From assembly GCA_030141605.1 (NCBI GenBank), contig JAQGDQ010000384.1:11630-17402 (forward strand): DNA of 5,773 nt, read 5' to 3'. Both the position numbers and the translations under genes were made by a program. Of the stretch, positions 1 to 5,773 are shown in pieces. The notes beneath the pieces are model-generated. The model had not been told where the DNA came from. It worked only from the letters and a program-made list of their open reading frames with translations, and did no database searches. Source of the stretch: Tubiluchus corallicola. Lineage: Eukaryota > Animalia > Priapulida. Positions within the stretch are counted from its first letter, which is position 1; each line of letters opens with the position of its first letter.

Positions 1-1
1 T

Positions 2-64
2 AAAGTAATTAAACATGCAAAAAAAGATCCTAAATATAAATCATTGAAAGAACTAATATTTTAA
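2..64 (+). CDS. 3' end of an upstream gene (partial), possibly a Bacteroidota ECF-type sigma-70 factor
   Basis: Frame 2 is open from the window edge: KVIKHAKKDPKYKSLKELIF, ending at TAA 62-64. From memory, the basic tail with 'KKDPKYKSL' resembles C-termini of Bacteroidota ECF sigma factors that precede TM-TPR proteins. Only 20 codons are visible, so the identity is inference. Confidence 0.4.
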   Translation, partial: KVIKHAKKDPKYKSLKELIF

Positions 65-70
65 AGAACA

Positions 71-97
71 GGCAACTCCTTAACAAAAAACACGTAA
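71..97 (+). promoter_or_regulatory. Candidate ECF sigma promoter (AAC-N16-CGT)
   Basis: GGCAAC (71-76), 16-nt spacer, CGTAA (93-97). This matches the general ECF -35 AAC / -10 CGT pattern, but the motif is short and could be chance. Confidence 0.3.
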
Positions 98-110
98 ATT
101 TTACATAAAT

Positions 111-141
111 TTTGTTTTTTCAAAAAAAAATATTATATTTG
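111..141 (+). promoter_or_regulatory. Bacteroidota primary-sigma promoter (-33/-7) for the 219..977 gene
   Basis: TTTG (111-114), 19-nt spacer, TATATTTG (134-141). Exact match to TTTG-N19-21-TAnnTTTG, ending 77 nt before the ATG. Confidence 0.7.
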
Positions 142-218
142 TTGTCTATACCTTAAACTTAAATCAAACAAAAAGCAGCAAAAGAATACTAAATCAATTA
201 AAATAAAATCTTAAGGTT

Positions 219-977
219 ATGAAAAAGTCTAGCAATCATTCTTATATATTTAATTCATTTTTAACTACAAAAACTCTTACAGACAAAACTGTAGGTGACT
301 TTGACAATCCAGAGTCAAAAGAAAACATTTTTTTATATCAAAGTCTAGAGAACGTTGTATTGGATAAGGACTTTTGCTCTTTTAAAGAAGACTTATCCGA
401 AATAAGTCGTTCTTTCTTTCAGAATTACAAAAGTAAATATACCATAAAAAGAAAACGCATCAGAAGTTGTATTTGGCTCGCTTCTGCATGTGCCATAGCA
501 ATACTATTTGTAATAAATTTTTATAAAACTGACATTTCTATTGGAAAAGAACTTTCTTATAAATATTCATACAAAACCCCTACTTTTAGGTCTAAAGTAA
601 CAATAGATAATAGGTCGTCTCTTCCTTTGGCAATAGCCTATCATTACAAAAAGAAATATGATAAAGCTATCTTTATACTGCAAAAAATAGTGAAAACAAA
701 CAATATTGATGAAAATACTTTATTTTCTTCTTTTTATTATCTAGGAGACTCTTTATTAAAACAAGGAAATACTTTAGAAGCACTTAATATTTTAAAAAAT
801 TTAGAACAAAAAGCCCCTAAAGATTTTACTCCAGATATACAATGGAGCATCATTCTGTGTCATCTGCAATTAGGAAAACTTGAACAAACAAAACTTATGG
901 CTAAAGAAATTGGGACAAATTTCGATGAACTAAAAAGTATCTCAAAATTATTATCTTTAGATATTGAAGGTATCTAA
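219..977 (+). CDS. Single-pass membrane protein with C-terminal TPR-like region (putative anti-sigma-like protein)
   Basis: 252-aa ORF. A soluble N-terminal ~80 aa is followed by a basic patch KRKRIR and a hydrophobic helix CIWLASACAIAILFVINFY. TPR-like helices follow: AIAYHYKKKYDKAIFILQKI, FYYLGDSLLKQGNTLEALNILKNL, IQWSIILCHLQLGKLEQTKLMAKEI. An in-frame TAA at 204-206 rules out an earlier start. Confidence 0.75.
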   Translation: MKKSSNHSYIFNSFLTTKTLTDKTVGDFDNPESKENIFLYQSLENVVLDKDFCSFKEDLSEISRSFFQNYKSKYTIKRKRIRSCIWLASACAIAILFVINFYKTDISIGKELSYKYSYKTPTFRSKVTIDNRSSLPLAIAYHYKKKYDKAIFILQKIVKTNNIDENTLFSSFYYLGDSLLKQGNTLEALNILKNLEQKAPKDFTPDIQWSIILCHLQLGKLEQTKLMAKEIGTNFDELKSISKLLSLDIEGI

Positions 978-1010
978 ACCCTGTCTTTTATAACAATAAT
1001 AGTAAAAGTA

Positions 1011-1955
1011 CTATCTTTCCGAAAGATAACGTTCTGCGTCCATAGCAGCCATACAGCCCGAACCTGCCGCCGTTATTGCTTGCCTATAAATACTGTCTTG
1101 CACATCGCCACAGGCAAATACTCCTTTTATATTTGTTTTTGATGAGCCTGCTTGTGTTACAATATAGCCTATTTCATCAGTCGTGATATATTCTTTAAAT
1201 ACATCTGAATTGGGCGTGTGACCTATGGCAAGAAAAAATCCGCTAATATTTATTTTTATTTCTTCTTCCTGTGGTGTTCCCATTTTTCTTAGCAGTATTA
1301 CCCCTTCCACAAGGTTGTTCCCAATTATTTCTTTCGTGTTGTGTTCGTAAAGTATCTCTATGTTAGAGGTTTTTACTATTCTTTCTTGCATTGCTTTGGA
1401 GGCTCTCAAATGGTCTTTTCTTACTATAAGATATACTTTATTACAGATGCCTGCAAGGTAGGTTGCTTCTTCTGCCGCTGTATCACCTCCACCTACTACA
1501 GCAACATCTTTACCTTTGTAGAAGAAACCATCGCAAGTAGCACAGGCAGAAACTCCAGAACCTTTAAATTTTTCTTCTGAGGGTAAGCCAAGATATTTGG
1601 CAGTAGCTCCTGTAGCTATAATAACACTATCGGCTGAAATGGTGAGACTACCATCTATTTCAACCGTATAAACCTTTGATGAGAAGTCTACCTTAGTAGC
1701 TATACCAAAACGAACATCTGTGCCAAAACGTTGAGCTTGTTTTTTCAGGTCTTCCATCATAGCTGTACCTGTTATACCTTCAGGATATCCGGGGAAGTTA
1801 TCTACTTCCGTAGTAGTAGTAAGCTGCCCACCGGGTTGCAGCCCTTCATACATTACAGGAGACAAATTGGCTCTGGACGCATAGATGGCCGCTGTATAAC
1901 CTGCAGGCCCTGAACCTATAATAAGACATTTTACGTGTTCCGTTGAGGTATTCAT
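1011..1955 (-). CDS. trxB: Thioredoxin-disulfide reductase (low-Mr, NADPH-dependent)
   Basis: 314 aa. FAD-binding IIGSGPAGYTAA, PGGQL...VDNFPG, redox motif CATCDG, NADPH-binding VVGGGDTA, second FAD motif GVFACGD, and YRQAITAAGSGCMAA. Confidence 0.98.
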   Translation of the reverse strand: MNTSTEHVKCLIIGSGPAGYTAAIYASRANLSPVMYEGLQPGGQLTTTTEVDNFPGYPEGITGTAMMEDLKKQAQRFGTDVRFGIATKVDFSSKVYTVEIDGSLTISADSVIIATGATAKYLGLPSEEKFKGSGVSACATCDGFFYKGKDVAVVGGGDTAAEEATYLAGICNKVYLIVRKDHLRASKAMQERIVKTSNIEILYEHNTKEIIGNNLVEGVILLRKMGTPQEEEIKINISGFFLAIGHTPNSDVFKEYITTDEIGYIVTQAGSSKTNIKGVFACGDVQDSIYRQAITAAGSGCMAAMDAERYLSER

Positions 1956-2004
1956 TGTTTATATTCTTTTTTTAATTTATTTTTCACTTATGCAGAGAGT
2001 GGAG

Positions 2005-2035
2005 CAAAATTAATAAATACTATCTTATACTGCAA
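2005..2035 (-). promoter_or_regulatory. Bacteroidota primary-sigma promoter for trxB
   Basis: The minus strand reads TTG (2035-2033), 20-nt spacer, TAATTTTG (2012-2005), ending about 50 nt before the trxB ATG. Confidence 0.7.
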
Positions 2036-2440
2036 GTTCTTATTTAACCATTTCTCTGCTTCAGTTATTAAAGTGTTCTTTCTCTTTGCATAATTCTTTT
2101 CCTGTTCTTGGTCTACTCTTTTATCTAGAAACATTGTGCTTGGGGACGGAAAAACATAAGCCAGTTGCAATAGCTTTGGGTTGCATAAAGTAGTTTTTCA
2201 ACAAGCCCCTACCGCTATAAAAAATAAATTTAATTGCTATACCTTTTCTACTACTATATGTATGTAGCTCTATGTTATCTCCTATACTATTTTGTATCAA
2301 GGCTTGTATAGAATAGCCGAGATGGAAATTTTGCAAACACAAGTAAAATTTTACAAGAAAAAAAAAGTATATTATTTTTCTTATTTTATTATTATTGTAA
2401 AGTATTTCATTTTAAAAAAAAACTAAAAAATAATATCGTT

Positions 2441-3181
2441 ATGAAACAACTGACAATCAAACTACTAATTTGCGGGTTTGTTTTATCTACCTCTTCCTGC
2501 AACCTTGTTAATAATAATTCATCCTCTAAGGAGACCTTGAGTATCGAAGGAGAAGGGATGATAAATATTACTCCAGAAATAGTAAAATTTTCCATTACAT
2601 TATCAGCTTTAGATAAAAACTACTCAATCAGTGTGAAAAAATTGGAAGCAAAAACTAAAAAGCTGTACAGTGCATTAAAAAGGATAAACATCAAAGAAGA
2701 AGACATTAAGACTTCTAACTTGAACATCCGTAAAAAAAATGAATACAACAGCTCGTTGAGAAAAACTGTATTTGTAGGATTTGAAGTAAATCACGATGTT
2801 TATATCAAATTAAACCTTACTGAGCATATTATTAACAAAGTACTAGGAGCTATCAGCGAAGATTTGGTAGAAGCTACATTTAATATTGCTTTCGACATAA
2901 CAGACGAGAGCAAAGCAAGGATAAAAAAACAACTGATAGAAGAAGCTATAAAAGATGCTAAAGAAAAAGCTGACTTGATAACCAAAAATGCAGGAATAAA
3001 TTTGAAAAAAGTGCATCAAATATCTTACAACCAACATACATCACCTAAGCCTTTGCAGTCTAATTTTACTGCAGGAGAAGCTGTCTCTTTTTCAAGGGCA
3101 ACTTTCGAAAACTCCACGTTCCATAATCCCAAACAACTAATTTTTAGAGAAAAGATTTTTATTTCTTGGAAAATAAAATAG
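2441..3181 (+). CDS. SIMPL domain (DUF541, YggE/BP26-like) protein, probable lipoprotein
   Basis: 246 aa. Family-like segments: TLSIEGEGMINITPEIVKFSITL, IKEEDIKTSNLNI, GFEVNHDV, EEAIKDAKEKADLITKNAGINL. The signal peptide ends in lipobox-like STSS-C20, followed by an N/S-rich tether. Confidence 0.85.
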   Translation: MKQLTIKLLICGFVLSTSSCNLVNNNSSSKETLSIEGEGMINITPEIVKFSITLSALDKNYSISVKKLEAKTKKLYSALKRINIKEEDIKTSNLNIRKKNEYNSSLRKTVFVGFEVNHDVYIKLNLTEHIINKVLGAISEDLVEATFNIAFDITDESKARIKKQLIEEAIKDAKEKADLITKNAGINLKKVHQISYNQHTSPKPLQSNFTAGEAVSFSRATFENSTFHNPKQLIFREKIFISWKIK

Positions 3182-3276
3182 CTACCCATATCTTAAAAAA
3201 GTTCTGTCCCCTACACTGTCAAGAGTAAGCTATAACTTGTTCTTAGAATAATACAAGAAAAAATGCAAATTTTCTC

Positions 3277-3303
3277 TGCAACCTTTTTTCATTCTTTCAT
3301 CTT
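3277..3303 (+). promoter_or_regulatory. Candidate ECF-type promoter for the TonB-dependent receptor
   Basis: TGCAAC (3277-3282), N17, TCTT (3300-3303), 30 nt before the ATG. I found no TAnnTTTG match in 3182-3333. An identically spaced motif occurs at 5704-5730. Confidence 0.4.
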
Positions 3304-3333
3304 AATGAGTATAACAATACATCTATTTTAAGA

Positions 3334-5688
3334 ATGAAAACAATAAAACAAATTATTTTAGCCTTGTTAATACAAGTTATTTGCAACCTATCAGTTTTTT
3401 CACAATCATTAACTCAAACCATCAGAGGAAGGGTTTATGACGATGTAACACAAGAAACTCTTCCCAGTGCTACTATAATGGTATTAACTATGGAGCAACC
3501 TACAGGGACATCTACCAACATTGACGGACAATTTGTATTAGAAAATATCCCTATTGGACGACACAACTTACAAGTGAATATGCTGGGTTACCAGCCATTC
3601 ATAGTTAATGAGCTACTCATCACCACAGGAAAAGAAACAGTATTAGAAATAGCCTTAACTCAAGTATCTACCCAAATAGATGAAATAGTAATAAAGGCTC
3701 GCTCCCGTAAGGAATTACCATCCAACTCTATGGCAACCCTTAGTGCTAGACAATTTACTATAGAAGAAGCCAATCGCTATGCAGGAGGATTGGATGACCC
3801 AGCCCGTTTGGCAGCCTCATTTGCAGGAGTGGCTTCATCCGTTGCCAACAATGGAATAGTAGTAAGAGGAAATGCTCCCAAAGGCTTATTATGGAGAATA
3901 GAAGGTGTAGAAATACCTAATCCTAATCATTTTGCTGATTATGCAGCTATAGGAGGTGGAGCTTTAACTGCTTTGAGCAGCCAAGTTTTGTCCAATTCTG
4001 ATTTCTACACAGGAGCCTTCCCCTCAGAATATGGTAATGCCTTGTCTGGCGTATTTGATATGAAAATGAGAACAGGTAACACCAATCAAAAAGAATACAC
4101 ATTTCAAGCAGGTATTATAGGTCTAGACTTCGCTGCAGAAGGGCCTTTCAAAGAAGGCAGTCGCTCATCTTATCTGTTCAACTACAGATATTCTACACTA
4201 GGGCTAATATCTCCCATATTACCCGAAGGCTCAGGTATTGTAAAATACCAAGACCTGTCCTTTAAGTTCAACTTCCCAACGAAAAAAGCAGGGACATTTA
4301 CCTTTTGGGGCGTAGGGGCTATAGACAATCAAAGTGTAAATGCAGAAGAAGACTCCTCTAAATGGGACTTTAATTATAAAAAACGAAAAGATGATGCAGA
4401 ACTCTTTATGGGTGCAACAGGTTTGACTTACAAAAACAGTTTAAGCAAAAAAACATTTCTTCACTCCACATTGGCACTATCCGGCAATGGATTCAACCTC
4501 GAATCAGAAGAATATGATAACAATATGATACTTCAACCCAAAGATGCCATTGACAATACAATGTGGAGATACACCCTCGAGTCTTTTATAAAGCATAGGT
4601 TTAGCAACAAACATACTAACAAAACAGGGTTCTACCTTAATAACTTAGGATATAATATACATTCTAAAAAAAATAAAACAACAGGAGGTCCCCTGGAAAC
4701 TTACACTCGTCAAAAAGGAAACTCCTACCTATTACAATTCTACACCCAATCTAAATTGCAACTCACAGAAAAATTTAATATTAATCTTGGAGCACACTCT
4801 CAATACTTTACCTTAAACGGCAACCAAACTATAGAACCTCGTGCTGGGATAAAGTACTCACTTAACAATAGAAACTCACTTGCATTTGCATACGGACTAC
4901 ATAGTCGCTTAGAACCCTTAAATATCTATTTTGTCGAAAAAGACAACAATAATAGCATTAGTCAACCCAATAAAGACCTTGACTTTATGAAGGCACATCA
5001 TTTTGTGCTTGCCTATAACCGACAATTGAATGAAAACACTCGTTTAATCATTGAACCTTACTACCAAAAACTTTACGATGTGCCAGTAGTTCCTGGCGAA
5101 TATACTTCAACCATTAACCTTAATGATAACTTATTCTTCAATGATTCGTTATCTAACAACGGCACAGGCACAAATATAGGAATAGACCTTACATTAGAAC
5201 AATTTCTTAATAAAGGCTTTTACTATCTACTTACAGCCTCTTTCTTCGAATCAAAATATGTAGGAGGCGATGGCATAGAAAGAAACACTCGTTTCAACAA
5301 AAACTATGTTATCAACCTACTTGCAGGCAAAGAATGGACAATAGGAAAAGGGAATAACAACATTTTTAGTATCAATGCACGTTTTAGTTATCTTGGAGGT
5401 AACAGAATGGAAGCTGTAGATGAAGAAGCCTCCTATATAGCACAAAAAGTAGAATATACAAGCGAAGGTGCCTTTGAAAACAAATACCCTGATATGCCCA
5501 TTTTATCATTTACTATTTCCTACAAGAAGAATAAACCTAAATACTCAAGTAGTTGGAATCTGCAAATTATCAATGCCCTAGGAACAACCGAAGCAGAAAG
5601 TTATGCTTACAACATAAAAGAAAAAAAAGTAGAGACTTTATACGATAGTATTATCGTACCTAATCTAAGCTATAAAATACAATTTTAA
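3334..5688 (+). CDS. TonB-dependent outer-membrane receptor with N-terminal carboxypeptidase-regulatory-like domain (non-SusC type)
   Basis: 784 aa. Sec signal peptide (…LSVFS|Q), CarboxypepD_reg-like domain (TIRGRVYD…LPSATI…GTSTNIDGQFVL), plug (DPARLAASFAGV…IVVRGNAP…IEGVEIPNPNHF…YGNALSGVFDM), amphipathic beta strands, and a C-terminal LSYKIQF beta-signal. Confidence 0.93.
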   Translation: MKTIKQIILALLIQVICNLSVFSQSLTQTIRGRVYDDVTQETLPSATIMVLTMEQPTGTSTNIDGQFVLENIPIGRHNLQVNMLGYQPFIVNELLITTGKETVLEIALTQVSTQIDEIVIKARSRKELPSNSMATLSARQFTIEEANRYAGGLDDPARLAASFAGVASSVANNGIVVRGNAPKGLLWRIEGVEIPNPNHFADYAAIGGGALTALSSQVLSNSDFYTGAFPSEYGNALSGVFDMKMRTGNTNQKEYTFQAGIIGLDFAAEGPFKEGSRSSYLFNYRYSTLGLISPILPEGSGIVKYQDLSFKFNFPTKKAGTFTFWGVGAIDNQSVNAEEDSSKWDFNYKKRKDDAELFMGATGLTYKNSLSKKTFLHSTLALSGNGFNLESEEYDNNMILQPKDAIDNTMWRYTLESFIKHRFSNKHTNKTGFYLNNLGYNIHSKKNKTTGGPLETYTRQKGNSYLLQFYTQSKLQLTEKFNINLGAHSQYFTLNGNQTIEPRAGIKYSLNNRNSLAFAYGLHSRLEPLNIYFVEKDNNNSISQPNKDLDFMKAHHFVLAYNRQLNENTRLIIEPYYQKLYDVPVVPGEYTSTINLNDNLFFNDSLSNNGTGTNIGIDLTLEQFLNKGFYYLLTASFFESKYVGGDGIERNTRFNKNYVINLLAGKEWTIGKGNNNIFSINARFSYLGGNRMEAVDEEASYIAQKVEYTSEGAFENKYPDMPILSFTISYKKNKPKYSSSWNLQIINALGTTEAESYAYNIKEKKVETLYDSIIVPNLSYKIQF

Positions 5689-5703
5689 TTAAAATCAGAT
5701 GAA

Positions 5704-5730
5704 TGTAACTTTTCATTACTTTAAGTTCTT
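5704..5730 (+). promoter_or_regulatory. Candidate ECF-type promoter for the next gene (beyond the window)
   Basis: TGTAAC (5704-5709), N17, TCTT (5727-5730). Same geometry as 3277-3303, and both spacers contain TTTCATT. Confidence 0.3.
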
Positions 5731-5773
5731 TCAACAAAAAAGAGAATAAATACCTATAAATAAAAAACAGTTA

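Noticed and set aside
1400-1430. TrxB VRKDHLR in place of the E. coli HRRxxxR NADPH-phosphate motif
   Set aside because: The basic residues are retained and VRK/VRR variants are usual in Bacteroidota, so there is no evidence of a cofactor switch. There is also no in-frame TGA or selenocysteine.
1341-1580. 79-aa plus-strand ORF
   Set aside because: Antisense shadow inside trxB, with a non-ATG start and non-protein-like composition.
1731-1913. 60-aa plus-strand ORF
   Set aside because: Antisense shadow inside trxB with no recognisable motif.
2201-2307. ACAAGCC / GGCTTGT 7-bp inverted repeat as MITE ends
   Set aside because: Too short, does not extend, and has no flanking target-site duplication.
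1988-2342. Two overlapping minus-strand ORFs (60 and 73 aa) as leader peptides or a frameshifted pseudogene
   Set aside because: Both have TTG starts and no recognisable similarity, and the first runs over the trxB promoter. They cannot be excluded without BLASTX or Ribo-seq, but nothing supports them.
2390-2397. TATTATTG as the -7 box for the SIMPL gene
   Set aside because: One mismatch to the consensus and no TTG at the -33 position. Possible, but too weak to call.
2407-3037. Three short minus-strand ORFs (62, 61 and 64 aa)
   Set aside because: Antisense to the well-supported SIMPL gene. Their hydrophobicity reflects the complement of A-rich codons.
3236-3263. CTTGT…ACAAG hairpin as a terminator after the SIMPL gene
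   Set aside because: A weak 5-bp stem with a 12-nt loop, followed by an A run rather than a U run.
1-5773. CRISPR array, tRNA/rRNA, transposase, defence genes or recoding
   Set aside because: No regularly spaced repeats, cloverleaf, relevant protein motifs or interrupted reading frames were seen by eye.

Overview
AT-rich bacterial DNA, very likely Bacteroidota: it has TTTG/TTG-N19-20-TAnnTTTG promoters, mostly lacks Shine-Dalgarno sites, and carries a Bacteroidota-type TonB-dependent receptor. In order, the window holds the 3' tail of an upstream gene (possibly an ECF sigma factor), a single-pass membrane protein with a C-terminal TPR-like region (anti-sigma-like architecture), a convergent thioredoxin reductase (trxB), a 485-bp divergent intergenic region, a SIMPL/DUF541 putative lipoprotein, and a non-SusC TonB-dependent receptor. 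I see no CRISPR array, tRNA/rRNA, transposase or recoding signal, and no convincing wholly new system. The best leads are regulatory and remain hypotheses: a possible ECF sigma/TPR anti-sigma pair separated by internal promoters, matching ECF-like promoter motifs before and after the receptor gene, and a GC-richer foldable segment upstream of trxB.
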